64,000 nucleotides of DNA from the human T2T-CHM13v2.0 reference genome, Homo sapiens. A model generated the notes under the pieces. That model was not told where the DNA came from, searched no databases, and saw only the letters and a program-made list of their open reading frames with translations. The position numbers were made by a program, and so were the translations under genes. The stretch lies in the NCBI RefSeq assembly GCF_009914755.1, contig NC_060925.1; one strand, written 5' to 3'. Shown one piece after another: positions 14,346-25,919 of the stretch; position 1 is the first letter of the stretch, and every line of letters begins with the position of its first letter.

Positions 14346-14839
14346 GATAAAGGACAATAATAATACAAAATGCATTTTCAAAATGCCAAAAAAAAACCCT
14401 ACAAATGTATTCCATTACATATATCTTCACCATGTACATGATAGGCATTTCAATTCTCAGTACTATAAGACTGTATGACATAACAGTATATGAATATTTT
14501 TATTTAAATGAAAGTAACTATTTAGCCCTAATCATCATGCAGTTTTATAATGGTGAGTCTTGCTTTGAATTATCAAAACCTCATCTTCATGTTTTCTACC
14601 ATAATTTAGTTTGAGAAGACCCCTATGTCAGTTTAGCCTTGGGCTTAGATCTAGTATTTTTTATTGGTTATGTTTTCAAAAGACTGCTGTTGGCTACCAA
14701 GCTATCTGACACAGGCTGATCAGGTAAACTACACTTTGAACAACCTGCGAATGCAAAATTTAATAGTATGATTGTGAAACTTGCACATGTTCATACTAGA
14801 GAAGTTTTTATTGTGTGTTTCTGTATTTTTTTCCCCAAG

Positions 14840-14953
14840 AACAACAAAATGTTTCGTTTCCCTCTTAAGAGTTTCTTGCTATTCATTTCCAAAGAATCAT
14901 GGACTTCTTGGGAAGCGTGCCTGAGCTCATTCAAAACAGACAAGCAATGTCAG
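14840..14953 (+). pseudogene. Dynein-like exon relic (QQNVSFPS*EFLAIHFQRIMDFLGSVPELIQNRQAMS)
   Basis: Acceptor ctgtatttttttccccaag and donor CAG|gtgttt. Resembles the EFL..L..F...L helix preceding DHC_N1. One stop. Confidence 0.5.
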
Positions 14954-15786
14954 GTGTTTTGTGTTGGGTAGATTGTCAGCTACTCAGAATGGTGCCACAC
15001 TGCATAAGGCAGATGTCAGGAGACAATTTACACATAACAAGACATATATTAAATTCAAAAAGCTGCACCCAATGAGCAAGGCCCAGAGCTAGGTAAAAAA
15101 CAAAGAGGGGGTAAAGGAAAGTTCCTAAACTTAAATTATGTTGACTTAAACAGTTTAATACATTTTGGCTTGTCAGCAGTATGATAAATGTAAGGCTAGA
15201 AAATCATATTACAAAATCTGGGTCATTTTTCAGGTTAGAATAGAACAAGGATTCTTGAAAATTGAAATTGGATCGAACTGAAAGTGAAGGAAAAGATCAA
15301 CAGAATATGGGACCTAGATCACATAATATGCAAATATGAGATGATTACCAATTTCAGATTACATTCCTCTATTAAATGTCACAGCCATTAAATGATGAAG
15401 AAAAATTATCACTATAACAATCTTAACAAATGCAATTTATCTTAATATTGTGTTTGAAAGTACTGAGATCCTACAAATTGTTTTAGTTATTGCAAAGTCC
15501 TGGAATTGATAGAGAAATGATAGAAAGGTAGGGTATAGAACAAATGATCAACTATTTCATCACCTTGAAGGACCTGAGACAACCAAATACATTTGTGTTC
15601 TTAAAATACTAAGATTTCCATTCAAACTTGGAGAACCTGAGCTTCTGAAACCAAAGGATGGGGCATGTTCGACAACCAATTACAGAAAACCTTAGGTTGT
15701 TGAAGTCAAGACATTGCACCTGAGGAATTCATTGACTATACAGACATGTCTGGTCAACCTATTTCAAAATGGGTTTTATTTCACCC

Positions 15787-16277
15787 TGTTGGGAGCAAGC
15801 CCCCAAAAGTCTGGCCATAAACTGGCCCCAAAACTGGCCATAAATAAAGTCTCTGCAGCAATGTAACATGTCCATAATGGCCATAACGCCCAAGCTGGAA
15901 GGTTGTGGGTTTACGGGAATGAGGGCAAGGAACACCTGGCCCTCCCAGGGGAGAAAACCGCTTAAAGGCATTCTTAAGCCACAAACAAAAGCCTGAGCCA
16001 TCTGTGTCTTAAGGGTGTGTTCCTGCTGCAATTAATTCGGCCCATCCCTTCGTTTCCCTTAAGGGATACTTTTAGTTAATTTAATATCTATAGAAACAAT
16101 GCTAAGGACTGGTTTGCTGTTAATAAATATGTGGGTAAATCTCTGTTCGAGGCTGTCAGCTCTGAAGGCTGTGAGACCACTGATTTCCCAATTCACACCT
16201 CTATATTTCTGTGTGTGTGTCTTTAATTCCTCTAGCGCCACTGGGTTAGGGTCTCCCCAACCGAGCTGGTCTTGGCA
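15787..16277 (+). mobile_element. MER9 solo LTR (HERV-K9/HML-3)
   Basis: tgttgggagcaagccccc...tggccataaactggccccaaaactggccataaa...cttggca, with TSD caccc. Confidence 0.88.
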
Positions 16278-16539
16278 CACCCACTGAGGTTCTCAGTATT
16301 ATAAAAGTAATTAGATAAAATCCAGTGTGGATAAGTCCTATAGGATAGAATTATAAGTAAATGTGAAACTTGAGGAAACATACTTCTAAATTAGCTCTTA
16401 TTGGCAAAAAGAGGGAAAGTAAATTTAAAAAAAATAAATACACACACATATCCCACACTGTCCTTTATTTTTATTGATTGAATTCCTTAGCTTGAATCAT
16501 ATTTTTTTATTTCAAATATGCTAGTCTATATTTAAAGGG

Positions 16540-16591
16540 ACTTCATGACCAGACAGCATTAGAGCACTTCATGACCAGATAGCATTAGAGC
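16540..16591. repeat. Tandem duplication, 2 x 26 bp
   Basis: acttcatgaccaga(c/t)agcattagagc x2. Confidence 0.9.
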
Positions 16592-17469
16592 CATACCAGG
16601 TTACTATGCTGCATGTTTTATCTGAAGAGCATCTTATTTAATCCTCACAATAACCATATGAGACATTAACCTACCAATCCGGACAGACAGGTTGTTCAGT
16701 GGAAATATGCTTGACTTCAACAGCATGATTACTGATGAGTGTGGCAGGGCATGTTACACTGAGCAGATGGCTTCTTGTATCCAGCAAGGAGCCCCTACGA
16801 GATCATGACATAGCTCTTATTTTTACAGTTCACAACTTGGCAAGGGTGGCATGTTCCAACAGTCAGTTATTTTCAAAACATTAAATTTAAAACAAAGATA
16901 ATCCAGCAGTGTGAACAGAGAATATAAATTCTGTGAAGGCAAGAAGTTACTGATGTCTTCCAAATGTTTAGAACACTACCTGGTTCACACATAGTAAGTG
17001 CTCAATAAACATCTGCTTAATGGCAGAATAAATGACAATTTGGATTCAATGATTTTGTCCGACGTTTCATATTGTATATGCATATGTTGGGGCAAGGGTC
17101 CATATTTTTCATCGGATTCTCAAAATTATCTGTGAAATGAGTTATGATCCACAACTGGAAGGAATGAAGGATTCCTACATTGCACAGTAAGTGAGATTAG
17201 ATGGCCTCTAAGCAGTCCTCAGCTCTAACATTTGATCTCAAAATACTTATATCTTTTATAATGTCAGTATGTTTACACCTCACAGTGCATCAGGCCTTAA
17301 AGCCTGACTTCTTACCATGAGATTGAAGAGTCTCTTTCCATAAAGAAATTATAAATTGTAATGAAGCATTGGGGAGTCCACTGGAATTCTAGAAACCTAT
17401 CATAGAGGGGAACTCCTGTTCCACTAATAAAGGATGCCCTACCCTCCTGTCTTTTTATATCAAGCCAAG

Positions 17470-18034
17470 TGTATTATTGACCAGAGTTCTCCAAAGGGAT
17501 AGAACCGATAGGATATAAGTATGTATAGGAATAAAAAGGAGTTTATTAGGGAGAATTGGCTCACACAATTACAAGGAAAAATCTCACAGCAGACTGTCTG
17601 CAAACTGGAAAAGAGAGAAGCCAATAGTAGCTCAGTCCCTGTCCAAAAGGCTCAAAACCAGGAAAACCAACAGTGTGGCCTTCAGTCTGTGGCTGAAGGC
17701 CTGAGAGCCCCCAAGTCCCAGAGTTTAAGGACTGAAATCTGATATCTAAAGGCAGGAGGAACAGAAGCAAGCCTCCAGCACACGAAGAGAAAGAGGACAA
17801 GAAAACTCAGCAAACAAACTTATCCCACCTTCTTCTGCCTGGTTTGTCCTAACAGACTGGCAGCAGATTGGATGATGCCCACCCACATTGAGAGTAGGTC
17901 TTCCTCTTCCAGTCCACCAACCCATCTGTCAGTGTCCTCTGGCAATACCCTCACAGACACACCTAGAAGCAATACCTTACCAGCCATCTAGGCATTCCTC
18001 AATTTAATCCAGTTGACACCTATTAACCATCACA
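17470..18034 (-). mobile_element. MLT2 (ERVL) solo LTR
   Basis: tgtatt...gagaattggctcacacaattac...ttgacacctattaaccatcaca, with TSD ccaag. Confidence 0.85.
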
Positions 18035-18298
18035 CCAAGACACCAGAACAAACTCAGCAGCAATTCATGTGTTGTGAATTTCCATGAGTGGAAGTGGATT
18101 TAATGTGCTGGAACCACGCTTTCTAGTCTACTGTCTCACGTGACCAATTACATTGTTATATACGTTTTCTAAATAGCTAATTAATGCCTACAGTCTACAA
18201 ATATTTTTCTGACTTGTGTTTATATAAAAAGCCTCACACTGAAATAAAAATAAAATCAAATATAGTTGTATATTTAACAAATTCTCTCTATTTAAAAG

Positions 18299-18560
18299 AA
18301 GGATGGCTTTGGGGAGATCAATTCTAAATGCCAAATTTGAGACACAAGACCCAAAAGAACAGTAATCTCAATTTAAAAATTTCTTATGCTAAAGGATTTT
18401 CAGAAGTCTAAAAAGGAAACCTCATTAAATTACGCCATTAGAATTTGTTTGTGGGATATGGTTCACAGGTGACAAGGAGAAATTGCAGATTTCTTTTTTA
18501 CATAGGTTTAAATTTTCTTTGTGCGCCTGATCTGATCCTGATTCCAATCTTCTATAAAGG
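18299..18560 (+). pseudogene. Dynein-like exon relic containing LEFVCGIW/SQV
   Basis: Acceptor ttctctctatttaaaag. TTA GAA TTT GTT TGT GGG ATA TGG (18438-18461), then a frameshift to SQV, matches LE..VI.W..QI at the start of DHC_N1. 3' boundary uncertain. Confidence 0.5.
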
Positions 18561-18897
18561 CTAAAAAAGAGGGAAGAGAAGGAAGTCAGGAAATGGAGAT
18601 TCCTTTGAAGTTTAGATTGAAAAAAGCCAGAACAAAGAGCAGGACAGGAGGAAGGTCTGGGACTTGGGGGTGGTTTCACTGGATAAGAATTTCTCTGAAT
18701 CCTCCAGCTCTGTTTGAGTGCCTCCCTCATGACTTGCTCTGGTCTCTGCTGTCCGCTGATTGATTTCCTTCCCTCCTTCTCCTTCTCCACTTCTTCCTTA
18801 AGGAATGTGTTCTAGCCTAGTGTAAAGCTCTCTATTCACAGTGAAACCTCAGTGTATGTTGTTCAACTAAACAAAGTTGATACTGTTTTAATCCTAG

Positions 18898-19087
18898 TAT
18901 TATGGGGTCCTAGGCTAAAGTTATTACAAAGCTCCTCTTATTCCCGTAGTGTGAGAGCAGGGTTATCCTTGAACTTGGAGCTGTCAAAGGAAATCGCGTG
19001 AAACTATTATGTCTCTGCAAGTGCCTCATTATCTCAGCCATGGAAAGGAATGTTTTCTGATTATTCTCTACTGTTCTCCTGCATGAG
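18898..19087 (+). pseudogene. Dynein-like exon relic (LWGPRLKLLQSSSYSRSVRAGLSLNLELSKEIA*NYYVSASASLSQPWKGMFSDY)
   Basis: Acceptor ttttaatcctag. One frame with a single TGA (18999). Fits FW..R...L....L.S..V..IL..L...S.Y...(W/F)..M..D of DHC_N1. Confidence 0.6.
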
Positions 19088-19781
19088 GTCTGCATTTCAT
19101 ATGTATTGACATTTTATAGTTGACCTTCAAGCTGGTTGACACATTTCAACAGTGATGTTTAACAATGAGAAATAAATCACTCTCCCTACCAACACTGTGC
19201 TGTTGATAGTTCCTTCTCCTCACTTTCTTAGCTCTATTATTTATTATCCTCTCCTACTATAAATAAAGAACTAAAAGTGGATTAATATAACATTGGCCTA
19301 TGAACTATGCTAGAAAAAGGACAGCTTACCCAATATCATCAGAAATATAGAGCAAGCAAGGGGCTAAAGATAAGAAATTGCTTCTCTAATAATTTTTAAA
19401 TCAAATGCTTGTGATACTATAGTTTAGGTTTACAGATGCTGGCAGATATGGACCAATGTTTATCAATAGAGGTATTTTTTGCGGCAATAGATTTTGACAT
19501 TTTTAAGAAAGCACAAATATAGAAAATAGGCTAAATCTTACTTTTCTTTTTATAATATCTAGGTTCTTTTGCTATCATGTTCTGCCTGTATACGCCAAAT
19601 ATAAAATGTGTATAAACATGTAAATGTGAATAATTCTAAACTGCCTGTGTATATCTAGTGTTTATATAAATTTTAAGCATATAATTTTAGGATATTTGTT
19701 ATTTTAAAAGATTTATAAAAATGTGAGTGCTTTTAACAGTTTAAAACTCTATTGAAAATGATCAACATGTTACTTAAATAG

Positions 19782-19921
19782 CTGAGCTGAAAGAAGCAGG
19801 TTGTGAGAGCAGCAAAATGCTGAGACTATTTCAGTTGTACATTATTTTGTGTGCATACTCATGAATTCAAGACCTTCTCTGTGACCAGCATATCCTGTTT
19901 ATAAATTTACTCATATGAAAG
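19782..19921 (+). pseudogene. Dynein-like exon relic (ELKEAGCESSKMLRLFQLYIILCAYS*IQDLLCDQHILFINLLI*K)
   Basis: aatag acceptor and AAG|gtaaaa donor. Matches the A..EA.D..K.L..L motif region. Two stops. Confidence 0.65.
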
Positions 19922-20374
19922 GTAAAATAACCTAAGTTGCATTTATGTACATTTTATAATGGGAAATTATATTACATTAAAATAATGAATTAAAATGCTT
20001 GATAAAAACATGGACTGGGACTTCTGTGTATTTTGCCAGAAGGAAGCAGAAAGCTGAGGAAAATGTCTGATTTGAAAAGTCATTCAAAATGATCTAAATG
20101 TGAAAAAAGGAGATATGAGAGTGAGAGACTTGAATCTCATGAAATTTAAGAGTAACTAGATCTATTATAGGTTTTAACTATATACTTGGAGTAAAAAATT
20201 CAATCAGTTTGTTTTGTCTACCCGATGTCAGTGATGACATATATGAAAGCACTTTGAAAAATCTATGTGAATGTCCAAACAAAACTTTGCTGATTGTAAA
20301 AATTTTTAGACCTTAGAACAGCTCAGCAAGATAAAAACAGTGGAATTTCTTTCTCTGTATACTTTTTAAACCAG

Positions 20375-20457
20375 AATAAAGAGCTGTCTGGACCCCTTCC
20401 TGAACAGAGAGTATTATTCTGCACAACTTTTGAGGCTCTTTTTCATTCTGCCTTTGT
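20375..20457 (+). pseudogene. Dynein-like exon relic (RAVWTPS / EYYSAQ / FEALFHS)
   Basis: Long pyrimidine tract plus ccag acceptor, and gtaaga donor. Matches I.MIW..S.YY....(R)...LF. Frameshifted. Confidence 0.6.
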
Positions 20458-20542
20458 GTAAGACTGTCTAATAAGACTACAAGATTAATATTGGTTTCTG
20501 CAAGTTGTCTTGACTTTGGACTCCTATTTCCATTTTCTTTAG

Positions 20543-20710
20543 CAAGTCAGAATACAATCTAGGCAGTATATGATGGCTTGAGGACTTTTGTACTTCAAGA
20601 ATTTTTTCCTTACTTTTTTTACTGCATGTAGTAAGATATGTGGCAATGCCTCACAGAAGGAAGCTCTGAGCTTTACCTTGTATACAAATGAACCTTGCAT
20701 GCCGTCCTTG
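20543..20710 (+). pseudogene. Dynein-like exon relic (QVRIQSRQYMMA*GLL...)
   Basis: Acceptor tttccattttctttag. Matches N(Q)II.QC(R).YI following the YY motif. 3' end approximate. Confidence 0.55.
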
Positions 20711-21429
20711 GTACTCTGTTGATTATTGCCCACAGCTCAAATGATGCTTCATGAGAGCAAAACCTCGCAGTGGATATATAACCTTTGTAAATTCAGTATG
20801 ACTATGATGGACAACCATGTAACCCAAATGTTCATGGGTTCCCTGACCAGGATGTGGGAAAGCCTAGCCATTGTGCCCTCCATAGAGACATGATCCGTGG
20901 ATGTGCTCTTACTAGGTTAATCAACACAAAGCAGTTTTCACACACTTACCATCACTTCAATTTGTGTGAGAAAAATGCAGAGAATAATAAGCTATGTGGC
21001 TGTGTATTTGACCAGTCCCCTTAGACCACAATAACTATATAGTCTACTGTCCAAGCTAGGACCCTTTTGAGAACAAAAGGGAGGGACAGGGGAATGTCTT
21101 CAGTAATAACCTTGAGACCATGCAGATATAGACCAAGACTATCCCAGAAAAACTGGCTGCCCTATTTTGAGCCCAAGCCCTGCTGCAATAGCAGACAAGA
21201 ATGGCTGCTGATGGAGCCATGATGTTGGCGATGTTTATCAGTCCTAGTCATTTACTGAAAAGGAAAAAACTAAGTGGGAAGACAGAACAAATGCATCCAC
21301 CATTTTTCTTATGCCCTCTAACCTCCCTCTATTTAAACATGAAATATAGTATTCTTAAATTTTAATTTCAATAATGCATTTTTTTTTACAATTAGTGCAT
21401 TTGCTTTTATTTGAAAGGCTTTCATCTGG

Positions 21430-21990
21430 GTGAGTCTAATTCTGACATCCTGCATAACAAACAACTGCAAACCTAGAAACATAAAACAGCAGCAATCATT
21501 TCTCATCTCTTCCAGTTCTAGGAGTTGACTGGGCAGAGCTAAGCAATTCTTACTCCATAGATGTTCCTGAAGTTACAACCAGATGATGTCCAGCACTGTT
21601 GTCATTGCAAGACCTTCCTTCCTCACATTACCTCAGTAGTTACCTGTGTCTCAGTTAGGATCTCAGCAGGGCCTATCAGCCAGAGCCATGTATACAAGGC
21701 CTCCACATGTAGCCTGGACTTCCTCACAGCATGAGGTTTGGGTTCCAAGAGCAAGTGTCCCAAGAAAAAGAGCCAGAAGGAAGCTATTTCTCCTTTTATT
21801 GTCTAGTCTTAGAAGTCACATAGCAACACATCTACACGGGATAATGATAGGCACATGGATTCACTCGGTTTTCAAGAAGAAACGACACAGGCACTACCTC
21901 CTGCTAGGAAATGAAAAAGTCACATTGTAAGAAAAGGATATGAGTTGGAAGATATTTTCTGGGTAATTGCTAGAAAGTACACTATGTCCA
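21430..21990 (-). mobile_element. Old MLT1-type LTR
   Basis: ggcctccacatgtagcctggactttcctcacagcatg...agaagtcacatagc. Confidence 0.6.
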
Positions 21991-22560
21991 GAGGATATCC
22001 AAAAGGTGCAAGAAGATAACAAATAATTTTGAAAGGCAAACATTTCTGAAATAGACTGAAAGATGACTTGCATATTTTCTTTGAAACAAACTCACATCTT
22101 GTAACTTTCTCATTCTTTCTGAGTTATTTGAGACTAACATTAATTTTTAACCTAAGCAATGAAGATCTTAAAAAAGGTGTACAACATTGCATTAGCCCAA
22201 ATTGCTATCCAAAAACTGTTTCCAGTACCCTTCACTGAATTCTAGCCCTCTTCCTTCTACTCTAAATCCCCACCATTATCTCCTGTTACCTTTACTTTCA
22301 GTCTTCTCTCTCTGCAGTTTTTTTTGACAATGGCTGACTTTGCCTATGTATCCCAAAACACAGAAAATTCAAGTCAGAAAATGGTTTACTTTAAATACAA
22401 AGATAATGAAAGCTAAATTATTTAGATTACTGTTTAGCCAAAAGATTGAATAGAGGTGAATGTTTTACTTTCCTTTAAGAGATATTAAACCAAAACAAGT
22501 TAAACTTGACTCACGAGCTTTTTCAATATGCTTGTAACAACTTTTATCTTCACACCTTAG

Positions 22561-22756
22561 AGTGTGAAGATCCATTCAAGTTTTCCCATGCATCCAAACC
22601 ATTAGGTTTAATGACACATCCAAAGCCAGGACCTAAGGAAGATATCTAGACAGATTACATGAATTATCATGTCACTGTGCTTTAAAGAAGAGAGAGATAT
22701 TCCTGAAGGTGGTATAGTTCACCTTGCTCAGGCAAGATCACAGAAACACCAATAAT
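22561..22756 (+). pseudogene. Dynein-like exon relic (KP/RFNDTSKART*GRYLDRLHELSCHCALKKREIFLKVV)
   Basis: Acceptor cttttatcttcacaccttag. Matches W.F....F.RL..FL.RL..I......F.KL. Stops and frameshift. Confidence 0.6.
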
Positions 22757-23272
22757 GTATTAGAATCAGAGCTCATTTTGAATTGCTTTAGGGCAAACTT
22801 CGATTCTGACGACTAATTATAAGCCTTGCAAGAATTTATGTAACTATCAATTTAGCTGTACAAAATAGCAACTTAAAATTTATTAGAATTGATCTATTTC
22901 TCAGTAATTGGTGTTACTTGAACTGTACTTGAAATCAGCAGAGTTTAATTTTTGAAGAGTAGCCACCTAAAATTGTGATCCTTCAAAAGTATTTTGGGAC
23001 GACCTCTTATTCCAAATTTAGCATTCAAAGTCAAGTTCAGAACTCAGAGTGACAGGTGGCTGGGTGGAAGTCACAATTGATGGGGTGGTGCGGATGGTGA
23101 CAAAACTCTGGGGAAATGGCTTAGGACATCACATTGAAACAACTGACTTAATGCCTGGAGTCAGAGAAGACCCTAGAACAGAGACAGCAGGTTAGAAACA
23201 TGGCTGAGTGAGAAAATGTTGGCTGGAAAAGCCCCGTCTGTAAACCCTTAGTAATTCTCCCCCAATCTTTGA

Positions 23273-23426
23273 GGATATATGAAAATAATTTGAAATTTTT
23301 TGTCTTAAAGCCAATTGTTTTGCTTCCTAAATGCTGTCTAATTTGATGCAAATTGTTAACTCGTGATAAATTTTCCAATGTATCATTCTCACTCAATATC
23401 TTGGAAGGAAAATATTTGGAAATTAA
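23273..23426 (+). pseudogene. Possible dynein-like exon relic (IYENNLKFF...DKFSNVSFSLNILEGKY)
   Basis: Position between motif-bearing exons and a weak match to IYEEF...F....Y..LD. Splice sites weak. Confidence 0.35.
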
Positions 23427-23974
23427 GTCATCATGCATTTTTCTCTACTTATTTCATAATAAGGGGAAGATTGTCATCTAAATGTAAATACCTGGTCAAC
23501 AATCTTTCCAGTTTACCAGCATTAATTTAAATAAATGTCTGTAAAACTTGTTTGCTCTTTCCACTACTGTTTTTAACATAACAGTATGGTATTTTTAATT
23601 ATGTTTCTGGAAGAAATCATTAACATTTTGGTTATAAGCAGTATAGAACTGAGAAAAAAAATGCATGGCTTAAAATTCTGAACCTACAACTCACTAGATA
23701 TCTTACATTGGATAAGTTATTTAAGCTTTCTGAGTTTTGATTTTCTCATCTGCAAAATCAGAGTAGTACAGCATGTAGTGGTACTCAAAATTGCTAACTC
23801 TTAATATCAGATATTAGTGTGGTATTCCATCACAGAAGTATCAAAAGCAACCATATTGTACCCATAAAATCTGAAGACGTTTATTCTTATAATGATAAGC
23901 AGGAGTCACTGAAGTTTTTTTGTTACTATTGTTGTTTTTATTCTATTCCATGAATATATGCACATTCAGATGTT

Positions 23975-24107
23975 TTGTTTTATTTTGTTTGAGATGGGAT
24001 CTCAGTATATTCCCCAAGCTGGTCTCAAACTCCTCCTGGGCTCAAGCAATCCTTCCACTTCAGCCTCCTGAGTAGCTGGAAATACAGGCATGTGCCACTG
24101 CATCCAG
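23975..24107 (-). mobile_element. Alu monomer (FLAM-like)
   Basis: Single-arm Alu antisense with a T-rich tail and repeated cagatgtttt flanks. Confidence 0.8.
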
Positions 24108-24207
24108 ATGTTTTTGAAACCAAACATCTAACTCCTGAACTCCAGTAACTCAAAATGTTATTGGAAAATAACTAGCTCTTTATTGTAAAGATAATCTTCC
24201 TTTTAAG

Positions 24208-24390
24208 GAGTGGAAGAAAAAAGATTTAAATATAAAAAGAAGGGGCTTCATTTGCAAAGGTCTGTTTAATACATGACAATTATAATTCTTGGGCCTTCCA
24301 AAAAGAAACAATTAATACATGTTTTGAGTAGCTCTGTGCTATTCAAGAGGTGCTGGAGCATATGAACAAGTTGGCTGATTCTGTTTCAGG
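24208..24390 (+). pseudogene. Dynein-like exon relic (KEGASFAKVCLIHDNYNSWAFQKETINTCFE*LCAIQEVLEHMNKLADSVS)
   Basis: Acceptor cttccttttaag and consensus donor AGG|gtaagt (24391). TAG at 24329 interrupts an otherwise long helical frame resembling I...F......L..L..F..L. Confidence 0.65.
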
Positions 24391-25919
24391 GTAAGTGGTT
24401 TCTTGTTATTCTTGAGTTATAGAAGCTATGCTCTTTCAGCTTGGAACAATGACTGATGAGAACTTTACATTTAACATTACAGCTGGGAGTCACGAATCAA
24501 TTCTGAGTAATCTGAGGAAATGACCTTTATAATTAGAGGATTACTTTTTTCAAGTATTTTAGGACTCGGTTTCTGGAATGTATTTAGCCTGTGGCAAAGA
24601 ATGATCAGATCATGATTTGTTTGGACTAACGCAATTCAAGATCTGAGATAGGATATATAAGGTACCAGAGTGTTCCTTATCCTTCTTCCAAAAAATCCAT
24701 TTGGAGCAGTAGAAAGTAAGGGAGAATCTAAGAAGAAAGGAGGATAAAAACTGGGAAAAAATGATGACTAGACAATATTTTTAAATGTTGCAAATAAGGA
24801 ATTTGCAATGGAATATATCTACATTTGACTTTCACTTCTTCAAGGAACATCCCTCCACTACCTTTCCTTAAACTGAGCCTGGATCCTTCAAGGGTATTGC
24901 TTTTTGTACAACCCTCTCAATGTGAAGCTCTCACTCTCTTATGTCCCATGAACTGCAGGGTCCAAATGCCTGATAAGCACTCTTCTAGCCACCCCCACCC
25001 CCACCCCCATTACTCCTTTCATTTCATTTTATTTTAACCTTCATTTAACACTCTCCTCCCTCCTTAGATGGTCATACCATTTGATATACTAAAAACCAGT
25101 TGTATCTGTGCTGGTCATGCTCCACCTGACCATGAGGCCTCGAGGAAAGGCTCACATTGTCCTGGCTCCTAGTTGTGGCTTCTAGGCCTTTGACAACTAT
25201 CTTCATGCAAGAAGAGCTCCTTCTTTGAACCTCCTGCTTCCAACTGATAGCAACTTAGCTTCATTTTCTACTTTTGTAGGACAGTTTCCTGTATTTATTG
25301 AGGATTTCAGCAGCTGGATTGCTGTTTTACTCTCTAGCTTGGCTTTTTCTAAAATCTAAGGAGACTTAACTATGATTCAAGTCTCTAATCTCAAAGCTCC
25401 TTCAACCACTCTACTATAATAATGATAGTTATAAATGATAAATCAATTTTACCTAGATTTTAGCCGAATATGAATCCTTGCTAGCATCTTGTAAATAGAT
25501 ATTACCCCATTTATAGATGAGAAAACTGAGATAGAAGGTTTTCTTTTAAATTTTCACTTTGCACAGGTGCTAAGCAAAGGAGCTGAGATATATACCAGTC
25601 TGTCTGATTTCAAAAGCTGAATTTTTGACAACTAAGGTATGCTACCTCCTAATAATCTCAATTAGAATTTGTTTCCTCATTTATAGGTCATTATATCATA
25701 AACTTCATCATTGTCTAATTTGACTCACTTTTGAAATATTGAACTGTGAAATTTCTAGCTCTAACTACCAACATTTTTCCTTCCATCTGTCAATCTGACT
25801 AAACCTCCCTTTCAAGATCACCACACTTTTTAATTTCTTCACAAGTCACTATTTTCTCAATTTGTCTTCAATTCCCTTCTTTCACTCCCTGAATCTCACT
25901 AATGAAATAATACAACTAC

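Noticed and set aside
7291-20960. A separate minus-strand multi-exon gene (ORFs 7291-7497, 18425-18790, 18910-19095, 20539-20733; repeated IPFHG peptide)
   Set aside because: Most of these islands give ordered dynein motifs with better splice sites on the + strand. The minus ORFs are likely antisense shadows, and the IPFHG match is only a short chance match (ccatggaaagg).
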